The translations under genes and the position numbers were made by a program. Below, piece by piece: positions 10,558 to 19,525 of a stretch of DNA of 32,257 bases. How positions within the stretch are numbered: the stretch's first letter is position 1; each line of letters starts with the position of its first letter. Source of the stretch: Myxococcota bacterium (GTDB lineage Bacteria; Myxococcota; Myxococcia; Myxococcales; Myxococcaceae); assembly GCA_049322255.1 (NCBI GenBank), contig JBMORE010000031.1:1-32257 (forward strand), written 5' to 3'. The notes beneath the pieces were generated by a model. It had not been told where the DNA came from. It ran no database searches and saw nothing but the letters and a program-made list of their open reading frames with translations.

Positions 10558-11949
10558 TCAGGCCGCCGGGGGTTCGGCCCAGAAAATCAGGTCGCCCTTG
10601 GTGAGGTACTCTCCTTCGGAGAAGGCGCCGTAGAAGTCGTCGAGCATCGCCTTGATGTCGGGGTAGCGCGACTCTTTGCGGTCCTGAGTCATCTTGTCGA
10701 AGATGGGGTCGAGCTTGGAGGGGGCCTCCGAATTCACCTCCGAGGGCAACGGTGAACGGCGCCCGGGAATCTGTCCGGTGAGCATCTCGTAGAGCAGAAT
10801 CCCCAGGCCGTAGACGTCGCTGGAAGGGCCCACGTCCTTGCTGCGACCGATGAGCTCGGGCGCCATGTACGCCATGCCTCCGGTGCCCACGAACACCTGC
10901 GGCATGCCCTTGCTCTGGTCCACCTCGATGACCCGCGACAGCCCGAAGTCGCCCAGCTTGACGTTGCCGTAGGCGTCGAAGAGCACGTTCTCTGGCTTGA
11001 TGTTGTGGTGCGTCAACCCTTGGGCGTGCGCCGCCTCGAGCGCGTATGCCAACTGCAGGAAGTAGCGCACCGCCGCGAGGACCGGAATGCCCTTGCCCCC
11101 GCTGGCGTCCAGCTTCTCGCGCAAGGAGCCCTTGCACAGCTCCATCACGAAGTAGGGCCGGGCGACGTCGGTGTTCTGGTCGAGCATCGCGACCACCCCC
11201 GGGTGGCGCACCTGGGCTTGGGCGCACAGCTCTTTCTTGAGCCGTTTGATGACCTCCCCGCGCTGCAGGAAGGAGAAGTACCCAAAGATGTCCTTGAGCT
11301 CCTTGACGCAGATGTCGAGCCCCAGCGCGTTGTGCCTCCCCTTGAACACGGTGCCCAAGGGGCCGGAGCCGATGGGGTCGAACTTCACGTAGCGCAGGTC
11401 GATGTCGGTGCCCCGGGGACCGGGAGCGGCAGGCACGGTCAAGGGTGGCACCTCGACCCGCGCTGGAGCGATGGAGGGAATGAGGGTGTCGTCGGGCACG
11501 GCAGAAGGGCCGCGGCGGCCGCGGCCTGACGGAGGAGGGGGAGGGGGCATCTCGGGCTCCTCGATGAGAATGTCGCTGGTGATCGGCGGGGGAGGAGGCG
11601 GAACCTCCTCGAAGGTGGGAGAGGAGTGGGTGGACTCGTCGCCGCCCATCAGCTGCTCGGCGAAGAACTCGCCCACCTCGCCGGTGAACTTGTCGAGGTA
11701 GTCGCCTTCCACCACCTTTTCGCCCTGGTCGGTCAGCTTGAGCTGCGCCTCACGGTCCATGGCGATGTAGTGGAACTTGCGCAGGAAGAAGAAGTAGCTG
11801 TCGAACTCCAGCGAAACCGTCGGCTCGAGGGCGCTCTTCACGTCGGCCAGCTTGTTGGAGCGTCCGAGCCGGCCGTTCTCCTTGAGGTTCTTGAGGATGA
11901 ACAGCGCCTCGCCCGTGACAGTGTCGCGGTTCAAAGCCGTTTGGCTCAT
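10558..11949 (-). CDS. Hanks-type Ser/Thr kinase-like protein with N-terminal winged-helix-like region and Pro-rich linker; atypical catalytic loop
   Basis: GSGPLG, CVKEL, HHNIKPEN, DFG, YMAPE, SDVYGLG. Confidence 0.9.
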   Translation of the reverse strand: MSQTALNRDTVTGEALFILKNLKENGRLGRSNKLADVKSALEPTVSLEFDSYFFFLRKFHYIAMDREAQLKLTDQGEKVVEGDYLDKFTGEVGEFFAEQLMGGDESTHSSPTFEEVPPPPPPITSDILIEEPEMPPPPPPSGRGRRGPSAVPDDTLIPSIAPARVEVPPLTVPAAPGPRGTDIDLRYVKFDPIGSGPLGTVFKGRHNALGLDICVKELKDIFGYFSFLQRGEVIKRLKKELCAQAQVRHPGVVAMLDQNTDVARPYFVMELCKGSLREKLDASGGKGIPVLAAVRYFLQLAYALEAAHAQGLTHHNIKPENVLFDAYGNVKLGDFGLSRVIEVDQSKGMPQVFVGTGGMAYMAPELIGRSKDVGPSSDVYGLGILLYEMLTGQIPGRRSPLPSEVNSEAPSKLDPIFDKMTQDRKESRYPDIKAMLDDFYGAFSEGEYLTKGDLIFWAEPPAA

Positions 11950-11990
11950 GGGAGGCAAACCTTAACCGGAGCCAAAGGCGACGTCGACCG

Positions 11991-12749
11991 CTACTTGATG
12001 CGCAAGAGCAGCTTCACCGTCTCCAACACCTCGACGAACTTCACCGGCTTGCGCAGATAGATGTCCACCCCGGCCTGCATCGCCCGCTCCTGCGCATCTT
12101 TGCCGCCGGCAGAGATGGCGATGACTGGAATCGACTTGAGCGCTTCTTCCTTGCGAATGCGCTCCACGAGGGCAAACCCGTCCATCACCGGCATGTAGAG
12201 GTCGGTGAGCACCAAGTTGAAGCGGCCGTCCTTGAGCTGCAACAGGGCGTGGTGACCGTCAGGCGCGAAGTGGACCTCCAGCGGAACCTTGCCCCCCAGC
12301 TCGCTCACCGCCAGCTTCTTGAGCACATAGCTGTACATCTCGATGATGTGCGGGTTGTCTTCGACGATGAGCACGCGGAAGCCGTCGGCGGGAAGTGCCG
12401 AGGTGTCCACCGTCTTGGTTTGGGTGCCGCTGACGCCCACGAGGTCTTCCAGTCGCTTCCGGTCCTGTTCCCGCTCCACACTCACGCCAATGCCGGCAGT
12501 CACTCCCCCGCGCGCGGGGCGCAGCCAAGTAACCCGGCCTACGATTTCTATCGGATCCAACAGCCCCGGAAAAGAAAGCACCAGCGGTACCTTCTGGCCG
12601 ATCTCGAACGGACGCTCGGTTTGAATGAACAAACCGCCTTCCGAGAGATTCTCGGTAGCGTCGGCGAAGCGGCGATGATCGGGATAGTCGACCCGAACGA
12701 TGAAGGGTACGCGGGGGTGCTGGCGCTTCTCTGCTGCATCCGGCGGCAT
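11991..12749 (-). CDS. PilZ-receiver domain protein (PixA-like)
   Basis: PilZ motifs RQHPR (RxxxR) and NLSEGG (NxSxxG); receiver motifs IVEDN, TDLYMP, ISA, RKP; divergent from nuoE. Confidence 0.9.
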   Translation of the reverse strand: MPPDAAEKRQHPRVPFIVRVDYPDHRRFADATENLSEGGLFIQTERPFEIGQKVPLVLSFPGLLDPIEIVGRVTWLRPARGGVTAGIGVSVEREQDRKRLEDLVGVSGTQTKTVDTSALPADGFRVLIVEDNPHIIEMYSYVLKKLAVSELGGKVPLEVHFAPDGHHALLQLKDGRFNLVLTDLYMPVMDGFALVERIRKEEALKSIPVIAISAGGKDAQERAMQAGVDIYLRKPVKFVEVLETVKLLLRIK

Positions 12750-12817
12750 CAACAAACCCTGTTGAAATTGCTTCGTTTTTCGTGAGCGGTGTCCAGTATA
12801 AGGCGCCCTCGTTTTCG

Positions 12818-12847
12818 TTGACAACGCACTGCTCCAAGGCCTACGTA
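12818..12847 (+). promoter_or_regulatory. Candidate sigma70-type promoter for the nuoE operon
   Basis: TTGACA at 12818-12823, 18-nt spacer, weak -10 (TACGTA); ATG follows about 10 nt later with no obvious SD. Confidence 0.35.
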
Positions 12848-12856
12848 GCCGCCGCC

Positions 12857-13345
12857 ATGGCGGACGCTCTCTTCTCACCCGAAGAGCAAAAAGCTTTCGA
12901 TGAGAAGCTCGCTGGCCTGCTCACCCACTACCCTGCCGACCGAAAGAGCGCGGCGATGCTCCCCGCGTTGCGGCTGCTTCAGTCGATGAAGGGCTGGCTG
13001 CCGCCAGAAGGGCTTTCCCTGGTGGCGGAGCGGCTGGGGGTGTCCAAGGCCCGCGCTTACGAGGTGGCGAGCTTCTACGTGATGTTCCACACCCAAGAGC
13101 CGGGCAAATACGTGGTGGACGTGTGCACCAACCTCTCTTGCTCGTTGCGCGGGGCGGAGGGGCTGTTGGCGTACTTGGAAAAAAAGCTCTCCGTGAAGGC
13201 GGGGGAGACCACCGAGAAATGGACGCTGCGCGAGACCGAATGCCTGGCCTCCTGCGGCACTGCCCCTTGCCTGCAAATCAACGAAGACCACCACGAGTCG
13301 CTCACGCAGGAGAAGATCGACGCGCTCTTCGGGAGCCTGTGGTGA
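12857..13345 (+). CDS. nuoE: NADH-quinone oxidoreductase subunit E
   Basis: VASFYVMF, CTNLSC and ECLASC 2Fe-2S ligands. Confidence 0.95.
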   Translation: MADALFSPEEQKAFDEKLAGLLTHYPADRKSAAMLPALRLLQSMKGWLPPEGLSLVAERLGVSKARAYEVASFYVMFHTQEPGKYVVDVCTNLSCSLRGAEGLLAYLEKKLSVKAGETTEKWTLRETECLASCGTAPCLQINEDHHESLTQEKIDALFGSLW

Positions 13346-14670
13346 TTGCCGTCGAGAAAGTCATTACCAAAAACTGGGGCACTCCCCAGTCGCACACCCT
13401 CGCCGGCTACCAGAAGAACGGCGGGTACCAGGCGCTGAAGAAAGCGCTGGCGATGACTCCGGAGCAGGTCATCGATGAAGTGAAGAAGTCGAACCTGCGC
13501 GGCCGCGGTGGTGCCGGCTTTCCCACCGGGCTCAAGTGGAGCTTCGTCCCCAAAGACAACCCCAAGCCCAAGTACCTGGCGGTGAACGCCGACGAGTCCG
13601 AGCCGGGCACCTTCAAAGACCGCTACATCCTCGAGCGCGACCCCCACCTGCTCCTCGAGGGCATCGCCATCGCCGCTTACGCCTTGGGTTCCCACCAGGC
13701 GTACATCTACGCGCGCGGCGAGTTCAAACACCCCTCGGCGGTGCTGGAGGCGGCGATTGCCGAAGCCTACGCCGCCGGCATCTTCGGCCAGAAGGTCTTG
13801 GGCAAAGACTTCGCGCTCGACGTCTTTCAGGTGCGCGGGGCGGGCGCCTACATCTGCGGAGAGGAAACCGCCCTACTCGAGTCGCTGGAAGGCAAGAAGG
13901 GCTGGCCCCGGCTCAAGCCGCCCTTCCCCGCGGTGGTGGGGTTGTTCGGCGCTCCTACGGTGGTGAACAACGTGGAGACGCTCGCTTCGGTGCCGGCAAT
14001 CATCGAAAAGGGAGCGGCCTGGTACGCCGGTTTGGGCACGGAGAAGTCGGGGGGCACCCGCCTGGTGTGCCTGTCGGGGACGGTGAATCGCCCCGGCGTC
14101 TACGAGGTGTCGCTCAAGACCACCGTGCGCGAGCTGATCTTCGACCCCGAGCTGGGCGGCGGGCTACCCGAGGGTCGCAAAGTGAAGGCGGTGATTCCTG
14201 GGGGCAGCTCGGCGCCGGTGCTTTCCGCCGACGAGCTCGACGTGGCGCTGGAGTTCGAGGCGCTCAAGGCCAAGCAGACGATGGCCGGCTCGGGGGGGGT
14301 CATCGTGATGGACGACGCCACCTGCCTGGTGCGCGCGCTGTGGCGGGTGTCGCGCTTCTACGCCGAGGAGTCCTGCGGCCAGTGCACTCCTTGCCGCGAG
14401 GGCACCCCGTGGCAAGCACGCATTCTTCGCCGCCTCGAGGAGGGACGCGGCGAGCCGGGGGACGTGGACCAGCTTTTGTCGGTGGCCAGCGCCATCGCCC
14501 CCTACCCGCCCATCGGTCTGGGCAACACCATCTGCGCCCTGGGGGACGCGGCGGCGCTGCCGGTGCACTCCTTCGTGCAGAAGTTCCGCCTGGAGTTCGA
14601 GTCGCACATCGCCCTGCGCCGCTGCCCCATGGGTTCCTCTCCCTGGGGCCACTTCGGAGGCTTTGCGTGA
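13342..14670 (+). CDS. nuoF: NADH-quinone oxidoreductase subunit F
   Basis: LRGRGGAGFPTGLKW, NADESEPG, YICGEETAL, ESCGQCTPCREG; GTGA overlap with nuoE. Confidence 0.97.
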   Translation: MIAVEKVITKNWGTPQSHTLAGYQKNGGYQALKKALAMTPEQVIDEVKKSNLRGRGGAGFPTGLKWSFVPKDNPKPKYLAVNADESEPGTFKDRYILERDPHLLLEGIAIAAYALGSHQAYIYARGEFKHPSAVLEAAIAEAYAAGIFGQKVLGKDFALDVFQVRGAGAYICGEETALLESLEGKKGWPRLKPPFPAVVGLFGAPTVVNNVETLASVPAIIEKGAAWYAGLGTEKSGGTRLVCLSGTVNRPGVYEVSLKTTVRELIFDPELGGGLPEGRKVKAVIPGGSSAPVLSADELDVALEFEALKAKQTMAGSGGVIVMDDATCLVRALWRVSRFYAEESCGQCTPCREGTPWQARILRRLEEGRGEPGDVDQLLSVASAIAPYPPIGLGNTICALGDAAALPVHSFVQKFRLEFESHIALRRCPMGSSPWGHFGGFA

Positions 14671-15176
14671 GCGCCGAGGTCCTCCTCTTCTGGGCGTTCG
14701 CGGTGTCCATCGTTCTCTCCGCGCTCCTGGTGGTGGTGGCCAAAAGCCCGGTGACCTGCGCCATGTCCCTGGTGGGAACCTTCTTCTTCCTCGCCGGAGA
14801 GTACGTGCTCTTGTGGGCGCACACCGTGGCGGTGCTCCAAGTCCTCGTCTACGCCGGCGCCATCATGGTGCTCTTTCTCTTCGTCATCATGCTGCTCTCC
14901 CTCACCGAGGTGGGGCCGGCGGCCAAGCTGTCCTTCCTCCGTCTCTTGGGAGGATTCGCCGCCGTCGGCGTGCTGGTGGCGCTGGTGTCGGCGCTGCACA
15001 AGCTCCCCGCGGGCACGGCGTGGACGGAAGACTCCGCGCGGGTCGCCGCCTTCGGCTCGTTGAAGCAACTGGGAGAGGTGCTCTACACCCAATACCTCTT
15101 CCCCTTCGAGGCGGTGTCCTTGCTGCTCTTGGTGGCGATGGTGGGCGCGGTGGTGGTGGCCAAGTCTCGCATCTAG
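14667..15176 (+). CDS. nuoJ: NADH-quinone oxidoreductase subunit J
   Basis: QVLVYAGAIMVLFLFVIM, YLFPFE; GTGA overlap with nuoF. Confidence 0.95.
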   Translation: MSAEVLLFWAFAVSIVLSALLVVVAKSPVTCAMSLVGTFFFLAGEYVLLWAHTVAVLQVLVYAGAIMVLFLFVIMLLSLTEVGPAAKLSFLRLLGGFAAVGVLVALVSALHKLPAGTAWTEDSARVAAFGSLKQLGEVLYTQYLFPFEAVSLLLLVAMVGAVVVAKSRI

Positions 15177-15189
15177 CGAAAGGTCGTCG

Positions 15190-15498
15190 ATGTCCGCAGT
15201 GCCCATCGAGCACTACCTCCTCCTCTCCGCGGTCCTCTTTTCGGTGGGGACCTTGGGCGTGCTGGTGCGCCGCAACGCCCTGGTGGTGTTCATGTGCATC
15301 GAGCTGATGCTCAACGCCACCAACTTGGCCTTCGTCGCCTTCGCCAAGCACCACGGCAACCCCGTGGGGCACCTCTCGGCGTTCTTCGTCATCGCCGTGG
15401 CGGCAGCGGAGGCAGCGGTGGGGCTGGCCATCGTCATCGCCGTGTTCAGAAACCGCGGCACGGTGAACGTGGAAGAAATTCGCACCATGAAGCACTAG
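15190..15498 (+). CDS. nuoK: NADH-quinone oxidoreductase subunit K
   Basis: RRNALVVFMCIELMLN, VAAAEAAVGLA. Confidence 0.97.
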   Translation: MSAVPIEHYLLLSAVLFSVGTLGVLVRRNALVVFMCIELMLNATNLAFVAFAKHHGNPVGHLSAFFVIAVAAAEAAVGLAIVIAVFRNRGTVNVEEIRTMKH

Positions 15499-15508
15499 GC
15501 GGCCCGTG

Positions 15509-17767
15509 ATGACCGACTGCTCGCAGTACGTCAGCTTCAGCCAGTTCGCCTCCTCGCACTCGTTCTCCGAGGCGGCGCAGTGCTTCTTCATGCGCTCGCC
15601 GATGGCTGCGGCGGAGCTGGCCCCGTCCTTATGGGTCATCATCCTCCTCCCGCTCTTAGGCGCGCTCACCTGCGGCCTGCTGGGGCGAACGCTGGGGCGC
15701 GCCAACACCGCCCTGGTGGCGAACATGGCGGTGGCCGGCTCTTTCGTGCTCTCGCTGCTCGTCTTTTGGAGCATCAACGACTTCCACACTTCGGTGCAAA
15801 GCCCCTTCTCGCTCGAGCCGACCCGCTACGCGCTCGGCTGGGACTACGGCACCTGGTTCTCCGCCGGCGCCTTCCGGGTGAACTTCGGCCTCTGGGTCGA
15901 CCACCTCTCGGGGAGCATGCTCCTGGTTATCACCGGGGTGGGGCTGCTCATCCACCTCTACTCCGCCGGGTACATGGCGCATGACGAAGGCCATGGGCGC
16001 TACTTCGCCTACTTGAATCTCTTCGTGGCGATGATGCTCCTGTTGGTGATGGCGGACAGCATGGTCCTGCTCTTCGTCGGCTGGGAGGGCGTCGGCCTGT
16101 GCAGCTATCTGCTCATCGGCTTTTGGTACACCGATGCGCAGAAGGCGTACTGCGGGCGCAAGGCCTTCGTGGTCAACCGCATCGGCGACTTCGCCTTTCT
16201 CTTGGGGATGTTCCTCCTCGTGCTCCTGGTGCATGCCTTCGAGCGCCAAGCCACCCCGGAGAACTTCGGCGGCCGAGGAATGCAGCCAGCGCAGACGGTG
16301 GCGCAGCGCTGGAAAGCAGGTCTTTCCCACGCCGGCCCGCTCCACTTCCGCGGGTTGGAGGAGCTGGCGCTGGCTCAGGTGGAGTTGGACACTCCCATCG
16401 CCCAGGGTCCGTTGGCCGGCTTCACCTTCGGCCGGGCGCTCACCGTGGTGCTCCTGCTCTTCCTCTTGGGCGCGGCGGGCAAGAGCGCGCAGCTGCCGCT
16501 CTATGTTTGGCTCCCCGACGCGATGGCCGGCCCCACCCCGGTCTCGGCGCTCATCCACGCGGCGACGATGGTCACCGCCGGCGTCTACCTCTTCTGCCGC
16601 GTTTCCTACCTCTTGGTGCTCTCGCCCACCGCGATGGCGGCCACCACCTTAATAGGAGCTTTCACCGCGCTCTTCGCAGCGCTCATCGCCTTCGCGCAGG
16701 ACGACATCAAAAAGGTGCTCGCCTACTCCACGGTGAGCCAGCTGGGGCTGATGTTCGTGGGGGCGGGAATGGGCGTCTTCTGGGCTGCCTTCCTCCACGT
16801 CGTCACCCACGCCTTCTTCAAGGCCTGCCTCTTCCTCGGCGCCGGCAGCGTGATGCACGGCAACGCCGACGAGGGGAACATCAAGAAGCTGGGGGCGCTG
16901 TGGCCGGCGATGAAGTGGACCACCGCTACCTTTGCGGTCGCGACGCTCGCCATCACCGGCATCGTCCCGCTCTCCGGTTTCTTCTCCAAAGACGCCATCC
17001 TCCACGGCGTGCACTCCACCGTGCTGGTCGCCTACCCGTGGGTGGGCAAGCTCGCCTGGGGCCTGGGGCTGGGCACCACCGCCGCCACCGCCTTCTACAT
17101 GTCGCGGCTGTTCCTCCTCACCTTCACCGGACCGCGGGCCAAAGAGGCGCGCACCCTCCGCCCGCACGAGAGCGGCCTGGCGATGGTGCTACCCCTCGTC
17201 CTTCTCGCCTTCGGCTCGGTGGTGCTCTTCGTCCAGGGCATTCCCTTCATGGAGAGCACCACCCGGGGGCCCAAGCAGACGGTGATGGAGAACTTCTTGG
17301 CGCCGGTTTTCTACACGGCGCAGACCATCGCCGCGCGCGCGGGGACGCTCCACATCGAACATGCTTCCGGGCTTCCTTGGGGCGCCTGGGGGTTGGCCTG
17401 GGTGGTGGCGCTCGCGGGAGGAGCGACGGCGCTGGCGCTGTACAAGAAATTCTTCCCCGCGTGGGCGGGCCAGCCGGTGCCGGCGCTCGCGCGCACAGCG
17501 CAAACGTGGACGAGAAACAAGTTCTACGTCGACGAGGCCTATGACTTCCTCATCGTCAAGCCGCTCAAGTTCGTCGCCTTCATTCTCTACAAGGTGGTGG
17601 ACGCGCTGCTCATCGACACCGTGCTGGTGCGCGGAGTGGCCTGGGTCACCGCGCAGACCGGCGCGCTCCTTCGCTACGTGCAGACCGGCGACGCGCAGAG
17701 CTACGCGGCGGTGATGGTGCTGGCGCTCGCCGGAGCGCTCGCCTACGTCCTTCTGAGGGTGCTCTAA
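15509..17767 (+). CDS. nuoL: NADH-quinone oxidoreductase subunit L
   Basis: GWEGVGLCSYLLIGFW, NRIGD, GKSAQLPLYVWLPDAMAGPTPVSALIHAATMV; start may be GTG 15506 or later. Confidence 0.97.
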   Translation: MTDCSQYVSFSQFASSHSFSEAAQCFFMRSPMAAAELAPSLWVIILLPLLGALTCGLLGRTLGRANTALVANMAVAGSFVLSLLVFWSINDFHTSVQSPFSLEPTRYALGWDYGTWFSAGAFRVNFGLWVDHLSGSMLLVITGVGLLIHLYSAGYMAHDEGHGRYFAYLNLFVAMMLLLVMADSMVLLFVGWEGVGLCSYLLIGFWYTDAQKAYCGRKAFVVNRIGDFAFLLGMFLLVLLVHAFERQATPENFGGRGMQPAQTVAQRWKAGLSHAGPLHFRGLEELALAQVELDTPIAQGPLAGFTFGRALTVVLLLFLLGAAGKSAQLPLYVWLPDAMAGPTPVSALIHAATMVTAGVYLFCRVSYLLVLSPTAMAATTLIGAFTALFAALIAFAQDDIKKVLAYSTVSQLGLMFVGAGMGVFWAAFLHVVTHAFFKACLFLGAGSVMHGNADEGNIKKLGALWPAMKWTTATFAVATLAITGIVPLSGFFSKDAILHGVHSTVLVAYPWVGKLAWGLGLGTTAATAFYMSRLFLLTFTGPRAKEARTLRPHESGLAMVLPLVLLAFGSVVLFVQGIPFMESTTRGPKQTVMENFLAPVFYTAQTIAARAGTLHIEHASGLPWGAWGLAWVVALAGGATALALYKKFFPAWAGQPVPALARTAQTWTRNKFYVDEAYDFLIVKPLKFVAFILYKVVDALLIDTVLVRGVAWVTAQTGALLRYVQTGDAQSYAAVMVLALAGALAYVLLRVL

Positions 17768-19525
17768 GTGAGCTCGTTCGACACGCACCTGGTGAACCTG
17801 GTCGTCTTCCTCCCGCTTTTGTTCGCGGCCCTGGTGGCCCTCCTGCCGCGCGGCGAAAAGGGCCAGCTGCGCGCGGCCACCCTGGTGGCGATGCTCGTGG
17901 ACCTGGTCTTCGCCGGGTGGATGTACTTGCGCTTCGACCCCGCCGGCCCGGAGTTTCAGCTCGAGTTTCGCGCCCGGTGGATTGAAGATGCGGGCATCAG
18001 CTACCACACCGGGGTCGACGGGCTCGCGGTGTCCCTGATGCTCCTCACCGCCGTCTTAGGGCCCCTGGTGGTGACCGCCTCCTGGAGCTTCATCAGCGAG
18101 CGGGTGAAGGAGTTCCACCTCGCCCTGCTCCTGCTCCAAACCTTCATGCTGGGGGCGCTGGCCTCGCTCGACTTGGTCCTCTTCTACGTCTTCTGGGAGG
18201 CGATGCTCATCCCCATGTACCTGCTCATCGGGGTGTGGGGCTCGGAGGAGCGGCAGGCGGCGGCGATGAAGTTCTTCCTCTACACCCTGGCCGGCTCGCT
18301 CCTCATGCTGGTGGCGGTGCTGGCGCTCTTCTTCATCAGCCAGCCTGCGGGGACGCGCTCGTTCGACTACGCGCACGTCTACAACGCGGTGATGGGAGCG
18401 ACGCGCGAGCTCGCCTCCTGCCTGGCGACACAGCCGGCGGGCGGGTGCACCCAGCTGTCGCCCTTGGCGATGGCGCTGAAAGCTTACGGCCCTTGGCTGT
18501 TCTTCGCCTTCGCCATCGCTTTTGCCATCAAGGTGCCGATGTTCCCGGTGCACACCTGGCTTCCCGACGCGCACGTGCAGGCGCCGGCGGCGGGCTCGAT
18601 GATTCTGGCCGGGGTGCTGCTCAAGATGGGCACCTTCGGGTTTTGGCGTTACGGCATTCCCCTCTTCCCCGTCGCCTTACGCGATTTCCGCGAACCGCTG
18701 GCGCTGCTCTCGGTGGTGGGCATCGTCTACGGGGCGTTGATGTGCCTGGCCCAGCGCGACGTGAAGAAGCTCATCGCTTACAGCTCGGTGTCGCACTTGG
18801 GGTTTTGCATGCTGGGGATGCTCGCCCTCACCGTGGAGGGCGCCAGCGGCTCGGCGTACCAGATGCTCAACCACGGCGTCTCCACCGCCGCCCTCTTCCT
18901 CCTCTTCGGCATGCTCTACGAGCGCCGCCACGCGCGCCTGTTGTCCGACTTCGGAGGGCTGGCCAAGGTGATGCCCGCCTTCACCGCCTTTTTCGTCCTC
19001 ATCACCTTCTCCTCCATCGCCGTCCCCGGCACCAACGGCTTCGTGGGCGAGTTCCTGGTGCTCTTAGGCACCTTCCAAGGAACGCTGGGAGTGTCTTTCG
19101 GCGTCTTTGCCGCCCTGGGTGTCATCCTCGGCGCCGCGTACATGCTGTGGATGGTGCAGCGGGTGTTCTTCGGTCCTTTGACCCACCGGGAGAACGCGCA
19201 CCTGCCCGACTTGAACGGCCGGGAGCTGTTCACCGCCCTGCCCTTCGCGGTGCTGGTGCTGGTGATGGGCCTTTTCCCTCAGCCCTTCCTGGAGCGGCTT
19301 GCGCCGGCGAGCGCCCGTTTGGTGGCGCGCGCCCAGGTGGGTACTCCGGGAGTACCTTTCGCTGAGGAGTTGGTGCGAATGAAGGTGGCCGCGCTGGCTC
19401 CGGTGGAGGGCGCTCCGCCGCCGTCGATCGTCCCGGGGCCCATCAAACCTCTTTTCCGCGTCAGCCCGAGTGAACCGGGGCCCTCACCCTTGCCCTCTCC
19501 CACTCGGAGAGGGGGGAATCCATGA
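17768..19525 (+). CDS. nuoM: NADH-quinone oxidoreductase subunit M
   Basis: FYVFWEAMLIPMY, KVPMFPVHTWLPDAH, LLKMG, GFVGEFL. Confidence 0.97.
   Translation: MSSFDTHLVNLVVFLPLLFAALVALLPRGEKGQLRAATLVAMLVDLVFAGWMYLRFDPAGPEFQLEFRARWIEDAGISYHTGVDGLAVSLMLLTAVLGPLVVTASWSFISERVKEFHLALLLLQTFMLGALASLDLVLFYVFWEAMLIPMYLLIGVWGSEERQAAAMKFFLYTLAGSLLMLVAVLALFFISQPAGTRSFDYAHVYNAVMGATRELASCLATQPAGGCTQLSPLAMALKAYGPWLFFAFAIAFAIKVPMFPVHTWLPDAHVQAPAAGSMILAGVLLKMGTFGFWRYGIPLFPVALRDFREPLALLSVVGIVYGALMCLAQRDVKKLIAYSSVSHLGFCMLGMLALTVEGASGSAYQMLNHGVSTAALFLLFGMLYERRHARLLSDFGGLAKVMPAFTAFFVLITFSSIAVPGTNGFVGEFLVLLGTFQGTLGVSFGVFAALGVILGAAYMLWMVQRVFFGPLTHRENAHLPDLNGRELFTALPFAVLVLVMGLFPQPFLERLAPASARLVARAQVGTPGVPFAEELVRMKVAALAPVEGAPPPSIVPGPIKPLFRVSPSEPGPSPLPSPTRRGGNP
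19481..19514 (+). repeat. Single REP-like palindrome inside the nuoM 3' end
   Basis: CCCTCACCCTTGCCCTCTCCCACTCGGAGAGGG; same family as the copies at 10090-10180 and 25404-25496. Confidence 0.75.
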
